DNA of 64,000 nucleotides from assembly GCA_964035545.1 (NCBI GenBank), contig OZ037773.1, positions 4,369,751-4,433,750 on the forward strand. Reading direction: 5' to 3'. A program made the position numbers and the translations under genes. Positions 1 through 13,600 of this stretch are shown here, one piece after another. This stretch comes from Bugula neritina. Its lineage: Eukaryota > Animalia > Bryozoa. The notes beneath the pieces are model-generated. The model had not been told where the DNA came from. It did not search any database and was given only the letters and a program-made list of their open reading frames with translations. Within the stretch, counting starts at the first letter, position 1. Each line of letters opens with the position of its first letter.

Positions 1-1
1 G

Positions 2-2407
2 GTACCCTCAGTCTACGTACAGTGAGAGGTACGCCCCCTCCCAGCACAGTGAGAGGTACGTCGGGAGTCAGCCGCCCCCAACCGATGAATACATGCAGGA
101 CGATCACAACAGGTTAGTCGTTATGTCAGCAACTTGCTGTGGCAGCCATGGTTTGTCTTCGGCGTTTTACAATTCGTTACACAAAAGAGTTTCAAATAAA
201 ATCGAAATAGCTTGACTTGGAAACTTTCTTGTTCAGTTATCCTCTCTGTTACACTTTAACCTTTCAGTTGTCCTCTCTTGTACACTTTAACCTTTCAGTT
301 GTCCTCTCTTGTACACTTTAACCTTCCTATTGAGAGTCTGGGGTGCTATGCCTCCTAATAAAATGAAGTCAATAGTTGCTTTTTTAGTAAATAACCTTCA
401 ACTATATCATTTTCAAATTGTCCATCAAGGAAAGCTATTTTATTGGAAAGCCCATTCACCTTCCTTGATACTAGCAAAACTGTACTGTTGTCTGTTAGTA
501 ATTATCTTCTCTCTGGTCGTGTAGATACGGAGAGGAAGGTTCATTTATTGGCCAGTACAGAGATAACAAGGAACTGCCCAACTTTAGACCGAGAGTTGCT
601 GAGCCATACAGGCCAGCCCAACCTCAGCCTAGGCCGCGCGTCGCACCCACCGAAGACACGTAAGTGTGAAACCTTTGCTTACAGAATTTCAACCTTCCGT
701 TGCGTGAAATATAGTTGCTTAGATGGAGCTCGGGCTGCTCCTGTCAAAGGTTCTTATGTACTCATATTTGTGGTTGGGGGGTGTGTGTGTTTGCCCTCTA
801 TCTGCTAGACTGTTGGTATCTCAAGCTAAGCAAGATGTTGAATATTCTGTAATGCTCATATAACTATAACTATTATCTACACTCTACAGGTTATTTATGT
901 ACTGTTTTGGAGTTGCCTATTCAATTTCATGTTCAAATCGTTGATTTGAATATTTAATTCATGGTTTTGTAGCTAACAGTAGGTAAAGCTTTGAATGTCA
1001 GATTTTTGTTGAGTTTAACATTTGACAGTTGGAGGATAAATTATTGCTTCAGTTAAATGCATTTTCATCTGCATGAAGTTGAAAGTATTTAGTATTTTAT
1101 TGTTTAGGATCTTTAGTCAGTGTGTCTATCTGCAAAGACTATACATTCTCTCTCAGGCAATCACTTAGTGTCATTACATAAAGCTATTTATAGAGAAATC
1201 CTCTAGAGTCTAGACTAATTGAATTAGATATAGAGTTGTGAAGTTGGGAATTATGTTGCAAATAGTGTGAATATATTTGTGTTTATTCATACGATGTATA
1301 TATGTGTATCTTATGTTTATATAATATTTGTATAGTGTATATAATATTTATAGAGTATATATAATGTATTTACGAGTGTATAGAATGTATATAATGTATA
1401 TATGCGTCATATGTATAGATTGTATATGTTTTGAGTGTATATACATTTATATAATTTATATATTTCGTAAAGTGTATATAATATTTAGAGAACTTGTTAG
1501 TGACTTGTGATATAAAACCATCTGTTTAGGTACGGAGGTCCTCCTGTAGCTGAGCCCAGATCTGGCTATGCACCAAGAGGAGGCTATGCATCACGGGGAG
1601 GGGTTGCCCCGCCCCGGCAAGCTCCACCAAGGCAGCCAAGGAGCGCGGCTACAGAGTCATCTGATGACTATAGACCTCAGTACAGTAGCCGAGCAGGGAA
1701 ATACGACTCCGACACCAGGTGAGAGTGACTTATCTCCCCTCTACTTCTCTTCATATCATTATTGTGACACGCTGTTGTCTTATATGTTGTGTTATTATAT
1801 TAGGTCTACCTTTATACTCTTATATATTCCATAGCATTGCAGCTTGCATCTACTGTTTATTAAAGCATGTCTTAGTATTGAAAACCCTGATGCTAATACA
1901 CAAAATTATGCCCAATATTATATGAAATTATCTTATATTTTTTGCGTTATATTTTGTGATTTTGTACATTATATTATATTACTTGTAGTATTGTATGTTA
2001 TGTTATAATATGATGTACTAATGTTATATATGTTATGCTGTAGGTTATACTATTTTATATATTACGTTGTATATTACGTTATATATGTATGTTTACATGT
2101 ATGTTTACATTATATACTATATTATATAACATTGTATGTTATACTATACTATATATAACATTGTATGTTATACTATAGTCTATACTATATATAATGTTGT
2201 ATGTTCTACTATACTATATATAATGTTGTATGTTATATAATATACTATATATAATGTTGTATGTTATATAATATACTATATATAATGCTGTATGTTATAT
2301 AATATACTATATATAATGTTGTATGTTCCACTATATTATATTATTATTTCAGATATAGACCAGCTCCCGAAGAAGCAGAAGAAGAAAGCCATGATACAGT
2401 TGTTTAA
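2..2407 (+). CDS. 3' end (cytoplasmic tail) of an L1-CAM/neuroglian-like cell adhesion molecule; partial, last 4 coding exons
   Basis: Exons ~2-112, 525-659, 1530-1718 and 2353-2407 join in frame through GT-AG introns, all phase 2. Translation contains RYGEEGSFIGQY, matching the L1-family ankyrin-binding (F)NEDGSFIGQY motif. It ends SHDTVV*, a class I PDZ-binding type C-terminus. The ectodomain lies outside the window. Confidence 0.7.
232..325. repeat. ~31-bp tandem repeat, ~3 copies (intronic)
   Basis: Unit ctctcttgtacactttaacctttcagttgtc is repeated. Confidence 0.85.
2110..2335. repeat. AT-rich ~30-bp minisatellite (intronic)
   Basis: Repeated tatactatatataatgttgtatgttatataa-like units. 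Confidence 0.8.
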
Positions 2408-3377
2408 TTCTATCTAACCTTGCTATTGCTGCGGTGCATGTCTTCTGTATATAGAATGATGAAATTGGCATTGAGGTGTTACATTTGTCTAGATCATTTA
2501 CGGTGAATGCTGGGTCCATGCTATAGTGGAAATGATGTGTGCATTGTTCTATTTGTGCTCATCAATTCCGCTTCGCATTCGCCTAGCATTAGATTTTTCA
2601 AGTTATTTTGATTTATTCCATTTTTAGCATTAAAGTTATTATTATTGAAACATTCCAATCTGCTATGTGCTTGTGGTACAGCAGGAGTTGGTTTTAGCTC
2701 TGCCGTGCAGTTTGATATCTCTACATGCAGTGCTACAGTTTTCTTTCTTTCAACATTCCAAGTTTAGACTTTTACTTCCACATTCCATATTTAGACTTTG
2801 TAAGTCTGTTATTAGCTGTATTTCCTTACGCTGTAACTCTATGTACTTCACATTTTAATATGTTATTCAGTTATGTCTATTAGATATTATGTCATTTTTA
2901 CAATTTTAAACTCTTATGTACAAAATAATATATGATTTTTATACAACCAAGCCACCAGTCTAATGTGTGCTATTCTTATTATGGGCAGATGACCTTGCTG
3001 ATTGCTGCATAATTAAATGTTTGAAATTTTTGATGTGGAAGATAATTTCTCATGATGGATTTCTGGATTACACTTTGCAAAATTATTATTCAGTTAATAG
3101 GTTTCCAAAACCTTCCAAAACGCTGAAATATTGGGTCTTTTAGTGGGGCCCTGATTTATAGCCACACTTATTCAAGATTACAACTTTCTTTTAACAAAAA
3201 TTCAAGCTGCCATTGGTTATTTATTAACGATTTTATATATGATTTTAATTGCTGATAACAAATTACAGGTACATGTATTATATATAACAATATAATAACA
3301 ATAAATACATTCAATTGCCATAATTAGCAATAAATTGTTTTTATGCAATGAAGCGGAACAATATATAGAGAGATGAG

Positions 3378-3385
3378 TATAAATA
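3378..3385 (+). promoter_or_regulatory. TATA box of the insulin-like peptide gene
   Basis: TATAAATA 66 nt upstream of the predicted ATG at 3444. Confidence 0.5.
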
Positions 3386-3443
3386 CAAAGAATCTAAATA
3401 ACCCCATGCAGGCATACAAAGCAGATATAGAGCTAAATCCATT

Positions 3444-4002
3444 ATGATAAGGTAGGTCTGTATGCTTGTCTCCTACTAAACAACATAGCTAGTTGTACAT
3501 ATTATTTAGAGAAAATCTAAGGTTTACTAATATTCTATAACCAGTGTTCTATACAAAATATGTTGAGCAAAGGTAAAACACAAGTAAAAATGAAATTTAG
3601 CTGGTGATCAACTTCAATTGATGTTTCTTTGGCTGTTTATTGTACAAATATTCATGTACCAATAACTCTCAAACTTGTGCTGGTGGCAATTAGGACTTAC
3701 AACTTTGGCCACAGAAACAGCTGATCGCAGCGCATGTATAACTGGTTAATCCTTCTGTTTTACATGTATGCATGCGTGCTTGCGCACTCGTGCTCGTGTG
3801 CGTGCGTGTATGTGTGTGTACCTGTGTGTGCTTGTGCGTGTGTGTGTGTACATATGTGTGCATACATATGTGTGCATGTGCAAGTGCATTGCACGGGTCT
3901 TGTATATATTGCACAAAGCTTAAACAGCTGTTGTACACAGGTAGAGATCCATGTTTATGTACGGAATCACATCCAATAGCCCAACCACGCACACACACAC
4001 GC

Positions 4003-4061
<59 letters not shown>

Positions 4062-4926
4062 TGTCTTTTGCAGTCAAAGTCTTCTACTAATCATGGCAAC
4101 TGTATCTCTTTTGCTCATCCAACCAGCTGAAACAATTTCCTCTCGCTCAGGAAGAAATTGTACAGATAATGAGTTGCTTGAGAATGCAGACGAATGCACA
4201 GAAAATATTTACTCTTTCTTGAAGACTTCATGCCACCATACATCTGGAGGTGTGTCTACTAGAAGTTAGTTATAAACTGACTGCACACAGCGTTACTATG
4301 CGCTGCAGTAACTATATAACTAGTGAGCCGTGAATATTGTGTATAATTAATTAAAGTTTTAGGTAATGATTTTCATGTTTTATGAGATAATTTAATGCAA
4401 TATACTATATTTATCGCATGCATTTATACCTGTTTTAAATATTATAATACTCTATATAGATGAATGGTTTTCAATATTGATGTGCATTACATACGGCTGT
4501 TGCTATAACTGACTGCATTAAACATGCGTAATTGCGGTGATGTGTAAAGTTGGTTTCTCCTACTTTTTTACATCACCAAGAAGAGTGTGGGCATCATTTG
4601 GTGTTTAGAGAACAATCCTAAGTTTTTTTAAGCACAAACCTAGTGTTCTATAGCCATCAAAAAACAATTGCTTTGTACCTTACGGTAAATAATCTGATAA
4701 AATCGTGAGTCTATACCAACAAATATCTTGTGTGCCATACATGCAGGTGATACATCCTGACTGCACTGTACATAGAATAAGATAGGCTGTATATGTTGTA
4801 GCTCAGGATACCAGTGCTGATGTAACAGACAAAAAAGGACTTCGAGCAATGACCTGCCACTGCTGCACCATCTACCAGTTTTGCACAATTAGTGAATTCT
4901 TACAGCATTGCCATCTCGTAGAATAA
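3444..4926 (+). CDS. Insulin-like peptide precursor (8-Cys type), 3 exons, 102 aa
   Basis: Exons 3444-3451 (ATG ATA AG|gtaggt), 4074-4249 and 4802-4926. Translation: MISQSLLLIMATVSLLLIQPAET-ISSRSGRNCTDNELLENADECTENIYSFLKTSC-HHTSGAQDTSADVTDKK-GLRAMTCHCCTIYQFCTISEFLQHCHLVE*. It has a signal peptide, a B chain C-x11-C plus an extra N-terminal Cys, an A chain CxCC-x5-C-x8-C, and a phase-1 intron in the C peptide as in insulin-family genes. AATAAA at 5040. Confidence 0.8.
3988..4058. repeat. (CA)n microsatellite, preceded by a degenerate (TG)n tract at ~3775-3880
   Basis: Read directly from the sequence. Confidence 0.95.
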
Positions 4927-6935
4927 TTGTGTTTATTATATTGGTTTCTGCCATTTACTCTGCTGAGGCTATAATATTCAACTGTTACTTATAATGTACA
5001 TGTATTTACATATTTTTTAATATTTTGGTTGATCATCATAATAAATGTATTTTTATAGAGAGTCTATAAAGCAATGAAAAACTGTTTTGCAACCTAATAA
5101 CAATTGCATTTTATATTATTAATTACTTCGGTTTAAAAACGTAATATTAAAAATAGTTTATTAGTATATTTATATTACAGTTTCTTAAATGTAGTTAAAT
5201 ATTTCTATATGTTGAGGTTTTGGTAGACTTTAAATGTCTGCTTATATATTTATAATATAAAACAATTGAAAATATCAGCACACCGGATGGTAACTACTGA
5301 ATTTCTGTCTCATATCAATAACAGAAGTACATCAAACTGCTCATCAATTGTCATAGTGTAAGTTACTTGAAACTGATTATAGCTTAATGCAATGCATTTC
5401 ATGCTATAAGGAAGGAAATGTAATGCAAATTAATTTAATGCCAACCACTACTGCTAGCCATTTTCACCATAGAACTATAACTATAGTTTCAGTTAAGTAA
5501 TTTTCACCACTAGAGCTACAATTCACTTTAGAATAACTCAGATTGTAAATAAAACACATAGCTTATAATCACAATGTTGGTAGAGACATTTGTAGGGTCT
5601 AAATTGGAATGGGGGCCTCACAGAGACCAACCCTTAGCATTGAACGTCAGATCGGAGGGAAGAGGGGCTTCAAAAACAATGTTGGTGCTTTAGAGTGTAG
5701 AAGATAGTGACGTACCTTAGATATATTGGATATGTGAATCAACTGACATAATATAGTAAAGAACTGGTCACCACCAGAACCAATAGTAATAGTAGCAGCA
5801 GCAATAGTGATAGAAAAACGAATTTTTATCCAACGCATTGTTATTTACAGAACTCATGCTTGACTACAGATGACATGGAATTTAAAATGAAAATCAATTA
5901 CTTTGCCAGCCATTAGTTGAAGGTATATCTCAACGCTAAGTAAACCATCTTCTCCATCTAGTTTAAGTTTAGTATAAATGTATATATATGCGCGTGTATG
6001 CATACTGTTAGCTCTGTTGTGTGCTCATGAAGAGCAAGCAACTCCTGAAGTTATACTGATGCAATGAAAAAGACTAGCCCAGTGGTTGTATTGTGTTGGA
6101 GTTGCAACAGTAATTTAATGCTCATAATGAGTGGCAAACCTTTTACTACATCTTGATAATTTGATTGATTTGTGGTAACTGCAACTGCAAACTGTTTTCA
6201 CCAAATCAGTAGGTTACAGATTTTTAACATTGGGCAGTGCAACTGTTTTGAAGTGACAATCAATAAACATATGTTATTGTAAATTTAGAACAGCTCTGCT
6301 ATGATGGGTGTGATGTAAAAGAAAGGGGAGCTGTTAAACTAAAACTGAGAAGAAAATGAACTATAATTAGCCCTACACTCATTGTGTGTTGATATTACAT
6401 AATATATATTACAGTTTGTGTAAGGAAAAAGCTGATGGTAGCTTGCAACTGGTCTACTACCGGTGTAGGATAATCTAGTCTAGACAAGTATTATCTGCGG
6501 ATTACTGGTGTAAGTTATAAATCCTATCATATATCTACCATTCAACTCACAGCTCTTATAACTGTTTTTGTAATGGTGTGACTGCAGGTAAACCCTGAAC
6601 AGTAGTTGTAAAAGTTGCTAAGGTGATTCATGTTTATAAACAGCACTTGAACAAGCTATATCAGTAGTGGGCTTGAACATAATTATATTGATTTGTGAAA
6701 TTCCCAGCCCTGGGATTGACAATTACTGGAATGCAGGTTATAAAAGCCGAATGGAAGATTATACTGTGTATTCAGTTGCTTATGTATACACTGCTCTACA
6801 TAATTTAGACATAAACTAATTAAGACAAGTTGACAAGTGCATAGAAATTTTTTTACAGAGCCCAATATCTTTCGAAAAGGTTCATTAATAATTTATTATT
6901 TACAGGTTTGAACAACTCTTAAAGTTAACATTGGT

Positions 6936-6951
6936 GGCCCTGAAAAGGGCC
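6936..6951 (-). terminator. Histone 3' stem-loop (H2B)
   Basis: GGCCCTTTTCAGGGCC followed by ACCAA on the minus strand, then a purine-rich AAGAGTTGTTC element. Confidence 0.95.
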
Positions 6952-6980
6952 GTTGGGGTTAGTAGTGGAAATTGGCCAGA

Positions 6981-7349
6981 TTACTTGGAGCTGGTGTATT
7001 TGGTGACTGCCTTTGTACCCTCAGATACAGCGTGTTTGGCTAATTCTCCTGGGAGAATTAGTCTTACTGCGGTCTGAACTTCTCGGCTGGTAATGGTGGA
7101 TCTTTTATTGTAATGAGCAAGTCTTGATGCTTCACCAGCAATTCTCTCAAAAACATCATTGACGAAACTGTTCATGATTGACATTGCTTTGCTGGAGACA
7201 CCAGTGTCAGGATGGACCTGCTTTAAGACCTTATAAATGTAGATTCCATAGCTTTCTTTCCTTTTCCTCTTCTTTTTCTTATCGCCAGTGCGGGCTGCCT
7301 TAGCCTTTCCTGCTTTCTTTGCACCTTTAGAGCTAACTTTAGGAGGCAT
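6981..7349 (-). CDS. H2B: Histone H2B
   Basis: [15 protein letters not shown]...[20 protein letters not shown]...AVTKYTSSK, 122 aa, intronless. The start is placed at 7349 rather than at the longer ORF start. Confidence 0.98.
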   Translation of the reverse strand: MPPKVSSKGAKKAGKAKAARTGDKKKKRKRKESYGIYIYKVLKQVHPDTGVSSKAMSIMNSFVNDVFERIAGEASRLAHYNKRSTITSREVQTAVRLILPGELAKHAVSEGTKAVTKYTSSK

Positions 7350-8032
<683 letters not shown>

Positions 8033-8062
8033 CTGTCCGACTAGACCCCAACTAAACCCAAT

Positions 8063-8078
8063 GGCCCTTTTCAGGGCC
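8063..8078 (+). terminator. Histone 3' stem-loop (H2A)
   Basis: GGCCCTTTTCAGGGCC-ACCAA, with downstream AGAGTGTTC. Confidence 0.95.
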
Positions 8079-8557
8079 ACCAATTCATTTCTTAGAGTGT
8101 TCTCTGTACATCATTACTATGCCAAATAATTCTATTAACTACGAAATATAATGCATTTCATAGCTTAATTTTGATGCTCATTCAAGTGATTCATATGTCT
8201 ACTTGTAGTTGTCAGGTTACTGAGTGGATCTGCTTAGCAAACAGGTTGTATGCGTGCTCAGTACTGTAGTTTGCACTTTATGAATAAATAGAGTAACTAT
8301 AGCAATAAGTATCGGCAGCTGTGAATATGCTCATTCATAATACTGGACAAGTCGCATAGCATACTACTATAATGCATGAAATGGTAATTGCGGGTTGCTC
8401 CTACATTAAATAAATTCACTCTTCACAACCACGGACTCACCAGTAGGACAAAATTAGCCTTCAATGCATCTCGTTATTTTAAATTTTCTTTTACTAAAAC
8501 TGGTACTACAAGGCACGCAAAATTGAGAACATGAACAACACTTTGGTAGGAAATGGT

Positions 8558-8573
8558 GGCCCTGAAAAGGGCC
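8558..8573 (-). terminator. Histone 3' stem-loop (H4)
   Basis: GGCCCTTTTCAGGGCC-ACCAT on the minus strand, with downstream AAAGTGTTGTTC. Confidence 0.95.
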
Positions 8574-8597
8574 GTTGGGGTTGAAGGGTCAACTAGT

Positions 8598-9593
<996 letters not shown>

Positions 9594-9619
9594 ATTACTT
9601 GAAGCTATACAACCCCAAC

Positions 9620-9635
9620 GGCCCTTTTCAGGGCC
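9620..9635 (+). terminator. Histone 3' stem-loop (H3)
   Basis: GGCCCTTTTCAGGGCC-ACCAA, with downstream GGAGTCTGTTC. Confidence 0.95.
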
Positions 9636-10621
9636 ACCAACATAATCTGGAGTCTGTTCAACTTTATTACATTTAATCTATCAAAATTTTGATAACACTG
9701 CTAGTGCTAGTAATAGTATAGTTAGTACAGACAGTTGTCGGTCAGGTTGGGCTGTGAAGTTTAATAATATGGGTTAATTTAGCTTAAAGCTAATTGTAAT
9801 GGCAGAAATCTAAATTCCCTCAACGCATTTCAAAGTGCACTGAGAAAATCTGATATATATTAAATTCATTTGATCAAATACATCATACTTGTTACCATGT
9901 TGATGTAATGAATTGTGATGTGCAGAGGGTGCACATGTCAACTTCCAAATGCATCTAACTGATGGCTGTAAAACTAGAAATAAGCCAATTCTTCAGAATC
10001 ACTCTGAAAATGAAACTAGAATTAAAGCTCATGTGCTGTCATTTGTGCTACTAGAAACTGCCCCGCGTCCATGCTTCTTGAGTTATTAGTCATTTTTATG
10101 AGTAGATAACTCTAACACAATTGCCCAGCTTTGTAGTTTCTTTTGTGCAACTATTACAACAGACTATGTAGTTAAAATGGAAGACAGTAGTACTCGTCTA
10201 ACTATTGTATTATAGTATGCATTATAAACACACAAAATTATAATTCAGTTACAGAAAAACCAAAGCAAAAATAAATTTACATTGTGCAAATGTAATATTA
10301 ATTGTCTATTATGCTTTATGCATTCAACAAGCTCAATGGCTTGTTTCACAAATTTTGACTAAAATTATTACGGCTACAACAATCAATATGGACAGGATTA
10401 GTTGTTGAGAGATCTCTGGTCTCTCACAGTATCAGAAACAGTATATAATTTTGTCTAGGAAAATAAAAGAGCTCTAGCTAGGGCATAAAAATATATAGCA
10501 AGTTTAAATTAATCACCGACTAGAGAACAATGCATGTATAGAATGTATATTAGGTAATCAGAGCATGAGTTGTGGTCTTTGATCTTCCACCAAAAGTCTG
10601 AGGAAGTTGGGGCTAGTCTGT

Positions 10622-13600
10622 TCACGTCCCGTTATACTGTGGCTGTTGACTTGACCGAGAGACGGAATGAGGTCTACTTAGCCTTGGATCATAAACAGGT
10701 GCCCTCCCTACAGGGTGGTCGGCCTGCAGCCCATTGTTTATTGAACCATAAGTATGTCTGCTAAAGAATAAAACTGCTATTGTATTGCTGTGAGACATGA
10801 GATAAATATCATAAAATCAAACCAAAAAATATGGATAAGTCATCGGGGTGAGTCAGTGAAATACTAATAGGAAGTCAGTGACAGCGACAGTAACAGGAAG
10901 CAAAGAGACGCCAGCCAATGAATAATGAAAGTTAGACACATAATTTACCTGATGCCACTGAATGAATTGGATGCGTATCTGGCACTCAAATCTTCCTCGC
11001 TGTCGTACCGTCTCGGGTTGTCAAAGAAATACTGCTGACGGTAACTAATGTCGTCTGAGTTGACCTAAAATCAATTTGAACATTTAAGAAAAGAATAAAT
11101 TTTCCAGCAATTTTCCCACAGATTGAGTTTATAATCTATTGTAATATCTAAAAAGACTTTGTTCTCACAATACATTGATTTATATATTCATTCAAGACAT
11201 GCGTTAAAATGTAAAAAAAGAAGATCGAACTGTCAAATTTCAAAAGAAAAAAATTCAAAAATTAAATATTTTTTGTTTGTACCACTAGTACTCAGCCTTA
11301 AGAGACCAAAACAATCACTAAACTTGAGAGTTGTCTCACCTCCATGACGCTAGAAGGTTTTTGCACACGGAAGAAGATGGTGACAACGAGAGTGGGTAGA
11401 ATCTCCCAGATGAACAGGATTATGAGATAGACAGGATAGTAGTACTTCTGACTCAGGTCCACTAGGTCGGCCTGCAAACAGCAACTATGAGAACTGGAGG
11501 GGCAAGTTTATTACAGGGCTATTTAGCCAGAAGGCCAGTTATTTAGCAGGCTAAAATACTCATGTACTATTGCCAAGCTGGTCAACAATGGTCCAACATA
11601 TTAGAAGGCCTGTCAGGACAGGTTTATTAAAGACCAATTTACTAAGTGGGCCAGTTTATAAAAGGCCAACCTATCAGTGAGTTTGTTTATCAGCTACTGA
11701 GTGCATCTTGGTGCTTTTACAGTAGGAGATAATTCCAAAGTGATTTAGCAGATGGGACCACCCACTTGAAGGTTGATGATTTATAGATTATGTAACTATG
11801 ATATCAGTAATTAGTTTAGCATGTTGTCATGTGCTAAGACTTGGCCTTGGCATGTTCAATAAAACAGTCGTGTGATTCAATGATAAGATAATCAACTCAC
11901 TACTGAAATACAAACAGCTTCAGTGCAACACTATATTATCAACTGAATATTGAAAATAAAGCTTTGGAGATAACACCAGAATGTGAAAACAATACAAGTA
12001 TGCCCAGGTAGCACACTAGCACACATCAAATTTTAGTATTAATAACAAAATCACAGTCTAAGACAGCTACAGACTATTTACAGAAACAGAAAATTCGGCT
12101 ATTCAAATTGCCAAGTTGTATTGTCGAAACTTTTATATTTTGATATTTTATAGGCGACAATCAGGGTGCAAAAAGGGGTTCAGATGTGACCCCCCACCCA
12201 ACAGCACTCTGCATTTTAGTGAAACTGAAACCACATAAAACAGACTACAAGCAGCTGACATCTGAAAGTTGACACTTGCACAAGTATCAACGACATGTGA
12301 ATGTATGCCCCATTTTATAAAAATAGACTATGAATCAGTTGAAGGACTACTTTAAATCATACTCAGTTATCTGTTTGTGCATAATATTCAACTGATACTT
12401 TGATAAGAGTCGAGGGCAAAACACAGCATTTGTGTGCCACATAAAGATAAGCAGAGTCACTCACTGCATTTGCTGCAGTCCTGCTATCAGCTGCTACTAA
12501 GTGCCAAAATTTTGCAGGCCAACAAAGCTAAAGGGCTCACAATTATTAAGTTTTGATTGAATGTAAGGTGGAGTGACCATAAAAGCCACGTGACCTTGAC
12601 CTATAGCAAATGACCTTGACTCTACTCACCTGATCAGTGACATTAATCCAGCCGTAGCCAAAGTTGGGAAGCTGCTGCTGCTGATCCAGAGAGAGAAGGA
12701 TGAGACAGAGGGCGTTATATACAGCCCTCGATGCATATATGAACACAATAAATATGCAGGTGGTCCAGGACTGGCACAGGTTTGTCCCCTATTCATAAAA
12801 ACACGGTCTATATTTCAGTGAGGAAGGGGGAGCACACCGCCTCCCTGCTCTCTTAGACATTATAATGTTGAATTTTGCCAAAAGAAAAGGAAGTCACAAG
12901 GGATGAAATCATATCAGCTAAAAGCAGTGAATGACATCAAACAGTTTATGGGTCCAAATGGTAATTACCTGACTCCAAAAGTTGTATAATGGAGCCATTC
13001 AAAGGAGCATCTTTTAAAACATTATTGCAAACCTGCCTGTATAGTTGGTTTCTTTTTAATAGTAAAACACAAATATAACTTTTATTCAATATTTAATAAA
13101 AATTGAAACTTCATCTTAAAACAAAACTCAAATTTAGTTTCTATACCTAGATGACTGATCGGCACAGCTACAATACATTCAGTATTACAGCATTGTATTA
13201 CTGTACTATTGAATTAAATTACGGAATTGCGTGTATTAAAAGGTGACTAACCCGTGACTCCAACAAAGTCCGTGCGTTAGCCACTTTGTTTAAAGTAAAT
13301 ATCCAGTAGGAAAGAGCAATACCATGGACAACAAACAGAGATCCATTTATCGCCACCCGCGCCTGCAACGTAGACGTGGAGCTTCACAACATGCACTACA
13401 GGAACAGTTAAATACACCGTAGAAGGGTACTGTGGCTGCTACATGTACACAATAATAAGCACAAACAGCAAAGTTTAGCGACATATTGTATACACAGGAG
13501 AACATATGATGCTACTAGTTATAAGACTAGCATAGTAGAGTTATCTGATTATAAATTATCTATATTAGACCAGTTCCTTCAATTGGTTGGTACGACAGCA

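Noticed and set aside
10446-10485. AATTTTGTCTAG resembling the U7 snRNA Sm site, near the histone cluster
   Set aside because: There is no upstream segment complementary to the histone downstream element and no convincing 3' hairpin.
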